Shown here in pieces: positions 1 through 12,244 of a stretch of DNA of 64,000 nt (position 1 is its first letter; each line of letters starts with the position of its first letter). Source of the DNA: Squalus acanthias (lineage: Eukaryota); assembly GCA_030390025.1 (NCBI GenBank), contig JASTWF010000037.1:62001-126000 (forward strand), read 5' to 3'. Made by a program: the position numbers and the translations under genes. A model generated the notes under the pieces. It ran no database searches. It had not been told where the DNA came from and saw nothing but the letters and a program-made list of their open reading frames with translations.

Positions 1-75
1 CACACACACACACACACACTCAGTCTCACACACACACACACACTCAGTCACACACACACACACTCAGTCTCACAC
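1..75. repeat. (CA)n microsatellite with CAGTCT interruptions
   Basis: Directly visible. Confidence 0.95.
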
Positions 76-97
76 TTTCCAAGCGGAGGTAATGTGC

Positions 98-350
98 TCC
101 ACGGCCACTATTTTGAAGACGAGCAGGGGGAGTTCTTCCCCGGTGTCTTGGGGCCAGCTGACATCAAAAAGATATAGGCGATCTGGTCATTATCTCATTG
201 CTGTTTGTGGGACCCTGCTGTGCGTAAATTCACTGCCGAGTTCCCGACATTACAACAGTGACTCGACTTAAAAAGTACTTAATTGGCTGTAAAGCGCTTT
301 GCGACGTCCTGAGGTGGTGAAAGGCGCTGTAGAAATGCAAGTCTTTCTTG
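98..350 (+). mobile_element. tRNA-derived SINE (SacSINE1/DeuSINE-like), 3' half
   Basis: Matches the body and tail of the full copy at 41032-41510. Confidence 0.85.
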
Positions 351-429
351 TCTCGGCAGTCATTTTGTTCACAGCACAAGCAGTTAATCGACTCGGAACT
401 GCTGCCTCTTGACACCCATTTCCACAAAC

Positions 430-780
430 AACACCTTGCATTTATACAGAGCTTTTAATTTAGTAAAACATCCCAAGGCGCTTCACAGGAGCGTTTACCA
501 GAGAGAATTTGACACCGAGCCACCTCAGGACAGGTTGATCAAAAGCTTAGTCAAAGAAGTAGGTTTTTAAAGAGCGTCTTAAAGGAGGAGAGAGAGGTAG
601 AGAGGCGGAGAGGTTTAGGGAGGGAACTCCAGAGCTTCGGGCCCAGGCGGCTGAAGACCCGGCCGCCAATGGTGGGGCGATGAAAATCGGGGGATCCGCA
701 AGAGGCCAGAATTGGAGGAGCGCAGAGATCTCGGAAAGTTTGTCGGGCTGGAGGAGGTTACAGAGATAGGGAGGATTTCC
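430..780 (-). mobile_element. L2-clade LINE 3' fragment
   Basis: Reverse complement of the family encoding ...GGRAFSCLGPKLWNSLP...KTYLFD plus its 3' tail. Confidence 0.85.
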
Positions 781-1199
781 AGGCTTCTCCCTGTGGGGCG
801 GGGGGGGGGGGGTTAGAAGCCCCTCCTGTCTTTGTGAGCGAACGTCCGTCGAATGAGCTCCATTCCATGTCAGGCGGGTGGGACCAGGGCTGTGTGCGTA
901 CTTTGTACTGAACCATATGAAACAGCACCTCGACGGGGCGGGGGGGGGGGGGGGGGGGGGGGGGAGGGAGGGAGGTGTGGAGTTTGGCAATTTGCAACTC
1001 ATTAACACCTTTTGCTCATCTCGCCTCAGCTGCAGGCGTCTGGTGACGGCGCGAAAGGCAGCAAATCCGGGTCAGACGGAGAGTTAACCCTTTCCTGCGC
1101 TCAGCTCCCGCACCCTCCCCCACCCCCGCACTGCCATCCTCGATGGTCCAGTGTGTGTGTGTGTTTGTGCTTGTGTTTGGGACTGTTTGTGTGTGTGTG

Positions 1200-1988
1200 T
1201 ACCCGCTGTGTGCTGTACATGTACAGGAGCTGACACTGAGACACACACGCGCCGTACAGTACCAGACGGGAGTGAATCGTTCCCTTTTACCCGCTGTGTG
1301 CTGTACATGTACAGGAGCTGACACTGAGACACACACGGGCCGTACAGTACCAGACGGGAGTGAATCGTTCCCTTTTACCCGCTGTGTGCTGTACATATAC
1401 AGGAGCTGACATTGAGACACACACGGGCCGTACAGTACCAGACGGGAGTGAATCGTTCCCTTTTACCCTCTGTGTACTGCTCATGTACAGGAGCTGACAC
1501 TGAGACACACACGGGCCGTACAGTACCAGACGGGAGTGAATTGTTCCCTTTTACCCGCTGTGTGCTGTACATGTAAAGGAGCTGACACTGAGACACACAC
1601 GGGCCGTACAGTACCAGACGGGAGTGAATCGTTCCCTTTTACCCGCTGTGTGCTGTACATGTACAGGAGCTGACACTGAGACACGCACGGGCCGTACAGT
1701 ACCAGACGGGAGTGAATCGTTCCCTTTTACCCGCTGTACGTGTACAGGAGCTGACACTGAGACACACACGGGCAGCACAGTACCAGACGGGAGTGAATCG
1801 TTCCCTTTTACCCGCTGTGTGCTGTACATGTACAGGAGCTGACACTGAGACACACACGGGCAGCACAGTACCAGACGGGAGTGAATCGTTCCCTTTTACC
1901 CGCTGTGTGCTGTATATGTACAGGAGCTGACACTGAGACACACACGGGCAGCACAGTACCAGACGGGAGTGAATCGTTCCCTTTTACC
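1200..1988. repeat. 88-bp tandem minisatellite, about 9 units
   Basis: Unit ACCCGCTGTGTGCTGTACATGTACAGGAGCTGACACTGAG...GTTCCCTTTT repeated; one unit has a 7-bp deletion. Confidence 0.95.
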
Positions 1989-2134
1989 AGATGTTGAACA
2001 CATCTGCCTAGTTTGCTTCATAGATGGGCACAGGATCTGGGTTGGCAGTGATGAGCTGTACGGTGAATAGACTAATTATTCAGGCTCATACTTGGATGGC
2101 CACCTGCAAAGCTGCCGTGGAGTCATCTTCAGGA

Positions 2135-2475
2135 GTTATCTCTGTAACCTCTTCCAGCCCTGCAACCCTCCGAGATGTCTGCGCTCCTCCAATTCTGGCC
2201 TCTTGAGCATCCCCGATTTTAATCGCTCCACCATTGGCGGCCGTGCCTTCAGCTGCCTGGGCCCTAAGCTCTGGAATTCCCTCCCTGAACCTCTCCGCCT
2301 CTCTCTCCTTTAAGACGCTCCTTAAAACCTACCTCTTTGACCAAGCTTTTGGTCACCTGCCCTAATTTCTCCTTATGTGGCTCGGTGTCAATTTTTGTTT
2401 GATAATCGCTCCCGTGAAGCGCCTTGGGACGTTTTAATGCGTTAAAGGCGCCGTATAAATAAATACAAGTTGTCG
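2135..2475 (+). mobile_element. L2-clade LINE 3' fragment
   Basis: Translates to LRSSNSGLLSIPDFNRSTIGGRAFSCLGPKLWNSLP, followed by the family tail. Confidence 0.85.
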
Positions 2476-2984
2476 TTGAGAGATGGAGAGATAAGTGGGA
2501 GAAAGAAAACGTCTCTCTTTGAAATATTTCAGCAGCAAAGGAGTTAATGGTGTCGCACCCTTCCACCATCCCCGCCCCCCACCCCACCCCGCTCCCCCTC
2601 TTCCTGTGCCTCCAGCTCTCGATTGCCCCTCCCGGGAGCCCCTTGACAGCTGTCTCGGGATCTGCAATCACAGTTGCACGTGGCCTTTGCTCGCTGTTCC
2701 CTTGGCAATGGTGCCCGTCACTCTCAGGACTCTGGCCGGTTGCGCGCGACAAAATGGCTGCTCCTGCGGGGGGGGGGCGCGCGCGCGGGCGGAGAGCTAA
2801 GGTTTGGACGGGCCGTGACGAACGGACGTGTCTGAAACCTTGCACCTGTTGTGTGCAGCTTTGAACTTAACCCAACACTCTCACCACCCCCCCCCCCCCA
2901 CCCCTTGTGTCCCATTAAAAGGAACCTGACAACACACCACTCCCAGAAACTGGTTCCTATCTGGCACGACACTGATGGAGAAAG

Positions 2985-3460
2985 AACTTGCATTGATATA
3001 GCGCCTTTCACAACCTCAGGACATCCAAAAACGCTTTACAGCCAATGAAGTCCTTCTTTTGAAGTGTAGTCACTGTTATAATGAAGGAAATGTGGCAGCC
3101 AATTTGCGCACAGCAAGGTCCCACAAACGGCGATGAGATAAATGACCAGATCATCTGTTTTTATTGACGTTGGGTTGAGGGATAACTATTGGCCCCAGGA
3201 CACCGGGGAGAAATCCCCTGCTCTTCTTCGAAATAGTGCCATAGGATCTTTTACGTCCACCTGAGAGGGCAGACGGGGCCCCTCGGTTTAACGTCTCATC
3301 CGAAAGACGGCACCTCCGACAGTGCAGCACTGTCTCAGCACTGGCACCGGGGAGTGCGGCCGAGATTTTGTGCTCGGGTCTCTGGAGTGGGGCTCGCACC
3401 CACGACCTTCTGACTCAGGCGAGAGAGAGAGAGCTACTCGCTGAGCCACGGCAGACACTG
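2985..3460 (-). mobile_element. SacSINE1/DeuSINE-like SINE, near full length
   Basis: tRNA-like head near 3400-3460, body, and L2-like tail near 2990. Confidence 0.85.
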
Positions 3461-4024
3461 ATGGGTGTCATTGATTGCAGTCGTGTTTACGTCGTAAATG
3501 TCTTGTACTTTGGCATGTTTGAAAGCAGGCAGGGAGTACGGGGGGGGGCGGGTGGGTGGGGTCGAGGAAGGGTGGGAGAACGGGGGTGGTGTGGGTGGGA
3601 GGGGAGCGGATGGGCCTGGGGAAGGGGTGGGAGTAGAGAGGTGGGCGAGGGGCGGTACAGGGTCGGGGGAAGGGTGGGGATACGGGGGGTGGCGGGGAGG
3701 TACGATCCTGGGGGGCCGCCACCTGTCTGAAGCGGTTCTAGATAATCCAGTTAAGCACTCAATCGAGTCACCTGTTTGTACATTAGTCAGCTGTTGTGAT
3801 CAGATAGAACCACTTACCAGGAAGGCGGGGGGGGGGGGGGGGGGGGGTGGGGGGAGGTGGGTGGTGGCGGAGAATGAAGGCAGCCACTTTACTGTGTGCA
3901 TATGACAACCAAAGGTCTAAGTACAGGAGATTAACTCCCAACACTGTGTGCAAATCAAGATACGGGCCTGCTCCAATCGATGAATCACTCAGATTTGTTT
4001 GCGCACCTTGTTTCATGTTGTTAG

Positions 4025-4515
4025 AATCATAGGATCACACAGCACAGAAGGAGGCCATTCGGCCCATCGTGCCCGTGCCGGCTCTTTGAAAGAGCGACCC
4101 AATTAGTCCCACTCCCCCCCCTGCTCTTTCCCCACAGCCCTGCAAATTTTTCCTTTTCAATTATTTAGCCAATTCCCCTTTTTGAAAGTTACTATTGAAT
4201 CTGCTTCCACCGCCCTTTCAGGCAGCGCGTTCCAGATCACAACAACTCGCTGCACAAAAAAATTCTCCTCATCTCCCCTCTGGTTCTTTTGTAGATTATC
4301 TTAAATCTGTGCCCTCTGGTTACCGACCCTCCTGCCAGTGGAAACAGTTTCTCCTTATTTACTCTATCAAAACCATTCGTAATTTTGAACGCCTCTATCA
4401 AATCTCCTCTTAACCTTCTCTGCTGTAAGGAGAACAATCCCAGCTTCTCCAGTCTCTCCACCCAACTGAAGTCCCTCATCCCTGGTACCATTCTGGTAAA
4501 CCTCCTCCGCACTTT
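4025..4515 (-). mobile_element. CR1 LINE 3' fragment (HER1-like tail)
   Basis: Translates to RRFTRMVPG...RRLRGDLIE; tail CTGTGCTGT..GATTCT. Confidence 0.9.
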
Positions 4516-5014
4516 CTCCGAGGCCTTGGCAGCCTGCTCCCAGCCCCTTCTCCAATTAGCATTCCCTAAAACATTCCAACACGGATTCCGAAGCCGTTCA
4601 AGTGGGCAAAGTTCCAGAGCTGCCCCTCCTGCTCTCAGTATCCTGTTCCGTTTTTATTTTGCCCTGATTTCATCTGGCCGAATCTCCTCTCCTAAAGGCC
4701 TGGGCTCATCCTGAACTGCGGTGACACAACCCTCCCCCGCTCCTGACACCTCACCCACGTGGGCCATTCCTGTTACGGGAGGCCGTTCGTTGAGGCCTTT
4801 ACGCCCGAACCTGGTCCGGCCCCACACTCAATAACAGAGTGCGCACTTACGCACTGAATGCACACTTACATACTGCGTGCACACTCAACAGAGTGCTCTA
4901 CCCAGCAGTTCAAGGGTCGGTGTGATTGTTTCCTGCTGAACGGATTTCTGACTCTGGCGTTTCTGCATTTAAAATAGGGTCTATAGGCCTCATGTCCCAA
5001 TCAGTTAAAACCAC

Positions 5015-5420
5015 CTCTCTCTCTCTCTGTCCATCTCTCTCTCTGTCCATCTCTCTCTCTGTCCATTTCTTTCTCTGTCCATCTCTCTCTCTCACTCTGT
5101 CCATCTCTCTCTCAGTCTCAGTAATCCCCATCTCTCTCGTCTCTCACTCTCTATCTCTCTCTGTCTATCTCTCTCTCTGTCCATCTCTCTCTCAGTCTCA
5201 GTAATCCCCAATTCTCTCTCGTTCTCTCACTCTCTATCTCTCTCTCACTCTCTATCTCTCTCTATGTATCTCTGTCTCTCTCTGACTGCTTCTTTCTGCG
5301 TTTTTCTCTGTCTACGTTACTTTCTCCCTGTTTGTTTGTCTCTGCCTCTCTGTCTGTCTCACTGTCTGTTTCTCCTTATGCTTCTGTCTGTGTGTGTGTG
5401 TGTGTGTGCGCCTCTCTCTC
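5015..5420. repeat. (CT)n-rich low-complexity tract
   Basis: Directly visible. Confidence 0.9.
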
Positions 5421-5929
5421 CCCGTGCTGCCCTCTCTTTGTCTATGCTTCTTAGCTCACCTGTTCACCTGTTTGTGTGTGTGTGTATATAGGTGGGTGTG
5501 TTTATAGACATGTATATCTCTCCCTGTGCCTTTCTCTCGCTCTCTCCTTTCTGTGCGTATACATACTGCTCTTGCAGTCGCGCCCACTAGATTGACATTA
5601 GATCGTGTGACCGTCGTCCAAAAGTGGAGACTTCCATCCCATCATTCGTTGCAGGATTTAAACTTGGGTTCACAGGGGCGAAAGGTCAGTCGTCCACTAA
5701 AACCCGACACTCAGGCGTCCCTATTAACAAGCTCCAAAATCTCGTAAAGAACCAGACTGTCAGCCCTCGCCCAGGTGCTAGAATGTTCGGTGAAGTTCTT
5801 GTCGGGCCCAGAGAAGGTTAGTTCCGCCTGAACTATGCTACACTTGGACCTGTGACAGCTGAAGGAGTGATGACCATCACAACTTGCATCGATGAAGCGC
5901 CTTGCGATGTTTGTCACCTCAGAACCAAG

Positions 5930-6315
5930 GAAAGGTTAAGGGGAGATTTAATGGAGGCGTTCAAAATTAGATGGGGTTTTGATAGAGTAGATAGGGAGCA
6001 ACTGTTTCCACTGGTAGGAGGGTCGATAACCAGAGGAGACAGATTTCAGATAATTGCCAGAGGGGGGAGATGAGGAGAATTTATTTTTCGCTGCGAGTTG
6101 TTATGATCATTTAATGCGCTGCCTGAAAGGGCGGTGGAAGCAGATTCAATCGTAACTTTCCAAAGGGAATTGGTTATCCACTTGAAAAGGGAAACTTTGC
6201 AGGGCTATAGAGAAAGAGCAAGAGGGAGTGGGACTAATTGGAGAGCTCGTTCAAAGAGCCGGCACAGGCACGATGGGCCGAATGGCCTCCTTCTGTGCTA
6301 TATCATCTATGATTT
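5930..6315 (+). mobile_element. CR1 LINE 3' fragment
   Basis: RLRGDLMEAFKI motif and CR1 tail. Confidence 0.85.
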
Positions 6316-6892
6316 GAAAAGAGGCTGCAGAATGATTTATTTTTTTCACCTTCATCATCAACTGCTTAGTTCAGAGGGAGAGAGAGAGAGAGCTAAGACA
6401 GTTTCCTAGAAGTAAAGGGAATTAAGGGTTACGGGGAGCGGGCAGGAATTTGGACATGAGTCTAGGTTCGGATCGGTCAAGGCCCTGTGGGTAGCGTAGC
6501 GGGCCCAGGGGCCGTGTAGCCTGATCCTGCTCCTATTTTGTGTGTCCAATTCTGTTAGGTTCAGGAGATGGTTCTGTGATAGTAGATTGACGGTTAGGAT
6601 CAGATCAGCCATGATCTTATTGAATGGCAGAGCAGGCTCGAGGGGCCAATTGGCCTACTCCTGCTCCTATTTCTTATGTTCTTAAGACAAGCAGCAAGGC
6701 CCCACAAACAGCAAATGAGATAACGTGCTAAAATTCCCATCCCTTCTTTTCCGTTACCCCTCCCCCCCCCCACAAGGCTGCATTGATTAGAATCAATTCG
6801 TCGTTGTCTTTGTTAAATGTTTACCTGACACACTTTGATCCTAGTGCATTTAAAAAAGAAAGCTCAGAAATCATTTGCGAGCGTGATCAAGC

Positions 6893-7825
6893 GTCAGTTT
6901 GCGGCGTAGCATTCTCGTCTCTGAGTTAGAAGGTCGTGGGTTCAAGTCCCACTCCAGCACAAAATCTAGGCCGACACGCCCAGTGCCAGTGCTGAGGGAG
7001 GGAGTGCTGCACTGTCGGAGGTGCCATCTTTCAGATGAGACGTTAAACCGAGGCCCCGTCTGCCCCCTTAGGTGAACGTAAAAGATCCCACGGCCGCTGT
7101 TAGAAGAGGAGCAGGGGAGTTCTCCCTGGGGCCAATATTTATCCCTCAACCAACATCACTAAAAAAAGATTATCTGGTCGTTATCACATGGCTGTTTCTG
7201 GCATCTTGTTGTGCGCAAGTTGGAACAACTTCTTCTTCCTAGGCAGTCCTACGGAACCGAGGATGACTTGCTTCCACACTAAAAATGAGTTCTCAGGTGA
7301 CTGATGAGTCCAATGCGGGACCTACAGTCTCTGTCACAGGTGGGGGCAGACGGTGGTTGAAGGGGCGGGTGGGTGGGGTGCTTGGGTTGACCTGCGCTCC
7401 TTCCGCTGTTTGCGCTTGGCTTCCGCTCGCTCCCGGCGAAGAGACTCGAGGTGTTCGGCGCCTTCCTCCTCCACTTTGTGCGGTCTTGGGCCAGGGATTC
7501 CCAGGTGTCGGTGGGGATGTTGCACTTTTTCAAGGAGGCTTTGAGGGTGTCCTTGAAGTGTTTCCTCTGCCCACCTGGGGCTCTCTTGCCGTGTCGGAGC
7601 TCCAAGTAGAGCGCTTGTTTTGGGAGTCTCGTATTGGGCATGCGGACGATGTGGCCCGTCCATCGGAGCTGATCGAGCGTGGTCAGAGCTTCGATGCTGG
7701 GGATGTTGGCCTGAGCGAGAACACTGACGTTGGAACCACAGCGGCATTGACTGCACTTGCTTAGTGGCTGTAAAGTACTTTGGGATGTTCTGTGAAAGGT
7801 GCTATATAAACGCAAGTTCTTCTCT
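6893..7825 (+). mobile_element. SacSINE1-like SINE interrupted by an RTE insertion
   Basis: SINE runs 6893-~7223; its tail resumes at ~7750-7825. Confidence 0.8.
7230..7728 (-). mobile_element. RTE-clade (BovB-like) LINE 3' fragment
   Basis: QLRWTGHIVRMPNTRLPKQALY and C-terminal CDRDCRSRIGLISHLRTH; (GAA)n tail; flanked by GTTGGAAC(A/C)AC duplication. Confidence 0.9.
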
Positions 7826-8144
7826 TTCACATAACACGGTCAATATACAGTGGGACCCTCCTGAGGATAATGGAGACTGGCAGATAATTGCGAGCCCCCC
7901 ACTTACTCTATGCCGTGGACTGCCTCTACCCCGCTCTCTGGCTGAGCCCTCTCATGTACCATGTCCATCGTGGCCGCTGCCAACATCTATTCCGTTGGCT
8001 AAAAGCTGCGTGCAACGTACCCGCCCGCAATTCCAGCTGGCAAACCCTCCCCCCACCGCCAAGCACGAGGACCCTCCCCCCCCCCCCCCCCCCACAGGCT
8101 ACAGAGATCGAGCGCGTCCATCTGCTAGCAGTGTCGCCTGAAGT

Positions 8145-8645
8145 TAGCTCATCCAAAGCTCTGCTGCCCGTATTCTAACTCGCAACCAGTCCCGTTCACC
8201 CATCACCCCCCACCCCGCTGTGCTCGCTGACCTACATTGGCTCCCGGTCTGGCAACGCCGGCATTTTAAAATTCTCAGCCTTGTTTTCAAATCCCTCCAT
8301 GGCCCTCGCCCACTCCCTATCTCTGTAACCTCCTCCAGCCCTACAACCCTCCGAGATCAATGCGCTCCTCCAGTTCTGGCCTCTGCGCATCCCCGATTTT
8401 AATTGCTCCACCATTGGCGGCCATGCCTTCAGCTGCTGAGGCCCTACGCTCTGAAATTCCCTCCCTAAACCTCTCCGGCCCTCTACCTCTCTATCCTCCT
8501 TTAAGACGCTCCTTAAAATCTAGCTCTTTCATCTGCCCTGATATCCCTTCTGTGTCGGTGTCGAATTTTTGTTTGATAACACTCCTGGGAAGCACCATGG
8601 GATGTTTTAATACGTTAAAGGCGCTGTATAAATGCAATGTTGTTG
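8145..8645 (+). mobile_element. L2-clade LINE 3' fragment
   Basis: LADLHWLPV..FKIL motif and family tail. Confidence 0.85.
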
Positions 8646-9412
8646 TTGGTAGAGCTGCTGATTTCAGAATCTGCCCGTTGCAAGCACCACTCTTCCCCGC
8701 TTGGGAGCAGTGTTCAAGTCTCAAGGTGTGGACGTGGGCTTTATCGAGAATTAAAAAGTTCCAGAGGGGAGCCGAGGTGTCTCGCGTGAACAAGGAAACT
8801 GTCACAGACACGATTGTCCAAGCGGCCTCCTTCTGTGCTGTGCGATTCAATGTAAATGAGCTTTTAATGCAGCTTTTATGATTCCCCAAGGAAAGTGGGG
8901 GGGGGGGGGGGGGGAGTAGGCCTCAGGCCTGCCCTAATCTACGTCACCTAGCAACCGGCCTTCACTTGGGGATTGTCCACTCTGGTGGAGCAGTCCAGTT
9001 CTCTTGAACTCCCAGGGTACGTGGGGACAGCACCAGGCTAAGGAACAAGAAATTAAAAACATACGGTCCTGCAATTTGGCAGAGATAAACCCATCTGTTT
9101 TATTGAAGTAAACTAACGCCCCATCTCATTCTTACCTCTGCACGTCACTTATTAACACATTCAGAGGTGTTTTGTGGGCGATGAAATTGCTGGATCACTG
9201 TTTTCCCAGGGGTTTGATTTTCCAGGATTTCCCACCGGAGAATATAAAGTTTCTCTTTTTTAACCCCAACTTTTTTTTTGATTAATTCTTAACGTAGTTT
9301 TATTTTATTTTTTTGCGGCCTTCTCTTCAGGCCTCCGCCTCCACTGAGAGAGAGGGGTTGTGCCGCTGATACCAAGGCCAGTGTCCACGTGGCTCTGCTA
9401 CGCTCCCTAAGT

Positions 9413-9760
9413 GTCAGCTTGGCTCAGTTGGTTTGGCGAGGGGGGGGTGGGGGCCTTCTAATCCAGAAGGTTGTGGGTTCAAAACCCCACTCTCGAGACT
9501 TCAGCGCATAATCTAGGCTGACACTGAGGGGGTGCTGCACCGTCGGAAGGTGCCGTCTTTCGGATGAGATGTTAAATTGAGGCCCTGTATAGGTGGATGA
9601 TACAAATCCCATGGCACTATTCCTAAGAAGAGCAGGGAATTGTCCCCGGTGTCTTGGTCAACATTCCTCCCTCAATCAACACTATCAGAAACAGATTAAC
9701 TGTTCATTCATCTCAGTTGCTGTTTATGGGACCTTGCTGTTTGCAAAATGGCTGCCATAT
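9413..9760 (+). mobile_element. Diverged SacSINE1-like SINE
   Basis: Head GTCAGCTTGGCTCAGTTGG, B-box GGTTCAAA, recognisable body. Confidence 0.75.
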
Positions 9761-9769
9761 TTGAATATA

Positions 9770-10290
9770 TAGAAACTTAGAAAAATAGGAGCAGGAGTAG
9801 GCCATTCGGCCCTTCGAGCCTGCTCCGCCATTCAATATGATCATGGCTGATCCTCTATCTCAATACCATATTCCCGCTCTCTCCCCATACCCCTTGATGC
9901 CTTTTGTGTATAGAAATCTATCTCTCTCCTTCTTAAATATATTCAGTGACTTGGCCTCCACAGCCTTCTGTGGTAGAGAATTCCACAGGTTCACCACCCT
10001 CTGAGTGAAGAAATTTCTCCTCATCTCAGTCCCAAATGTCCTACCCCGTATCCCGAGACTGTGACTCCCTCATTCTAGACCCCCCCCCCCCAGCCAGGGG
10101 AAACATCCTCCCTGCATCCAGTCTGTCTAGCCCTGTCAGAATTTTATACGTTTCAATGAGATCCCCTCTCATTCTTCTAAACTCCAGTGAATACAGGCCT
10201 AGTCGACCCAATCTCTCCCCATACGACAGTCCTGCCATCCCAGGAACCAGTCTGGTGAACCTTCGCTGCACTTGCTCTTAGGTAAGGAGA
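9770..10290 (-). mobile_element. CR1 LINE 3' fragment (CTATGTTT-tail lineage)
   Basis: QRRFTRLVPGMAGLSY...RRMRGDLIETYKIL. Confidence 0.9.
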
Positions 10291-10883
10291 CCAATTGGCC
10301 GCAGGAAGTCGGGGCGCCGCGAGGGTGGACGTGTCGGGCGACCAATGGCGGGCGTGCGGCGGCGCGGGGCGATTGGAGGCGGGAGGTCATGTGATGAAAC
10401 CTCCAGGCACAGGCACGGTGGGCCGAATGGCCTCCTTCTGTGCTGTATCATTCTGTGAGTCGGCGACCCTAGTCCCAGGTCTGGGCTGACTTAGCAGACC
10501 GTAGCCCAGCGGCAGTAAAGGTGAATTGGAACAACCCCACCCTTTGCCTAAAGACAGCCGTGATTCTGAGAAATGTCTTCACTCAGAGGGTGGTGAACCT
10601 GTGGAATTCTCTACCACAGAAGGCTGTGGAGGCCAAGTCACTGAATATATTTAAGCAGGAGATAGATAGATTTCTAGACACAAAAGGCGTCAAGGGGTAT
10701 GGGGGAGAGCGCGGGAATATGGTATTGAGATAGAGGATCAGCCATGATCATATTGAATGGCGGAGCAGGCTCGAATGGCCGACTCCTGCTCCTATTTTTC
10801 TATGTTTTCTACGAGCAGACTCTTTGTTAGCCGATTGGATGATTCTTCACCGTCAGTCAAACGGCCATCTCCAATATTTTTAT

Positions 10884-11087
10884 GATGCGGAGATGCCAGT
10901 GTTGGACTGGGGTGGACAAATGTGAGAAGTCGCACAACACCAGGTTATAGTCCAACAGCTTTATTTGAAATCACAAGCTTTCGGAGTGCTGCTCCTTCGT
11001 CAGGTGAAGTGAAGAGGTGCATATAGGCACAGCATATATAGTCAGAGAACACTGCCAGATGATTACAGTTAATCTTTCTAACTGCCC
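10884..11087 (-). mobile_element. Penelope-like retroelement terminal fragment (family A)
   Basis: Homologous to 38094-38438; carries a minimal hammerhead motif; flanked by TTTTAT duplication. Confidence 0.7.
10971..11007 (-). ncRNA. Minimal type I hammerhead ribozyme motif
   Basis: Minus strand reads UCAC-CUGACGA-A-GGAG(CAGCA)CUCC-GAAA-GC-UU-GUGA: stem I, catalytic core, stem II, palindromic AAGCUU in place of helix III. Confidence 0.75.
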
Positions 11088-11129
11088 TTTTATAACTGAT
11101 AAACAAAGGGTGTCCAAAGAAAATAAACT

Positions 11130-11457
11130 GTTTCCAGCGGCAGTTGGGTTGGTAAGCAGAGGACACAGATTTAAGGTCATTGGCAAAAGAATCTGAGGGG
11201 AGATGAGAATTTTTATTTTTTTACGCGGCGAGTTGTTGTGATCTGGAACGCGCTGCCTGAAAGGGCAGTGGGAGCAGATTCAATAGTAACTTTCAAAAGG
11301 GAATTGGATAAACACTTGAAGAGGAGAAAATTAGCAGGGCTATGGGGGAAAGAGCAGAGGGGCGGAGTGGGACTAATTGGAGAGCTCGTTCAAAGAGCCG
11401 GCACAGGCTCGATGGGCCCAATGGCCTCCTTCTGTGCTGTATCGTTCTGTGATTCTA
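11130..11457 (+). mobile_element. CR1 LINE 3' fragment (HER1-like tail)
   Basis: IWNALPERAV..FKRELD; tail ends GATTCT. Confidence 0.85.
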
Positions 11458-12244
11458 CGAACAGCGTCCTGGGACATTAATCTTCAATTCCTGGAGACTC
11501 CAGGGCAATCCTGGAGGGTTTAGGACCCTACCCGTGACCCTTCCCCCCCACCCCGCCCCGTCCCCCCCCCCAAGGACCGTGTGATGTGTGGATCGTGCAG
11601 TCAATGAAGTGAAAGATCCCGCTGCTTGCGTGGGAGTGGGATGAAGACGCATTTAAAGAAGCTTCCAGTGATTCAAGATCCCGGCTCTTTGTTTCAAAAC
11701 TTCCATCGTCATCTTCAGTTTGACCTGGGCCCAGTCACTTGCTCGCCTCCTCCACCCTCTTCTCTCTCTCGCTCTCGCTCAATGAGTCTCCGTTATGGAG
11801 CTTGGCTGCAGCTCAGGAGTGTGGGGCTGGTTGGTTCTTGGGTATTTTTTTTTTTTAAATCACCTCGCTCGGCAGAACGGCTCTGTGCAGTCAGCACCAA
11901 GCCTGGCCCCTCGGCTCTCCCGTGCCGGAATGCGTGACTCGATTACAGGCCCCTTTCCCCCCCCCCCCCACCCCCGTCACAGAGCACAATGGCCCCCCTT
12001 GTCCAGCTCTGCGTGCTCGGATGTTTTATATTCACATTTCGTCTTTAATTGGGCTTTGGTTGGGTTTAAATGGGTTGGTGTAAGTGTGAGTAATTTGTGA
12101 ATGAAAACCGCCGGGACCCACATCAGAGCTGTGATTGTCATTTCAATAAGGCTGTTCTGTGTTTTGTATACCCCAGAATATATTACAACCGGAAACCAAG
12201 CCAAGATTATGTTTACCTAATGGGGGTAATATTGTGGACAGATA

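Noticed and set aside
5886..5897. GCATCGATGAAG resembling 5.8S rRNA
   Set aside because: Only 12 nt; the flanks do not match rRNA.
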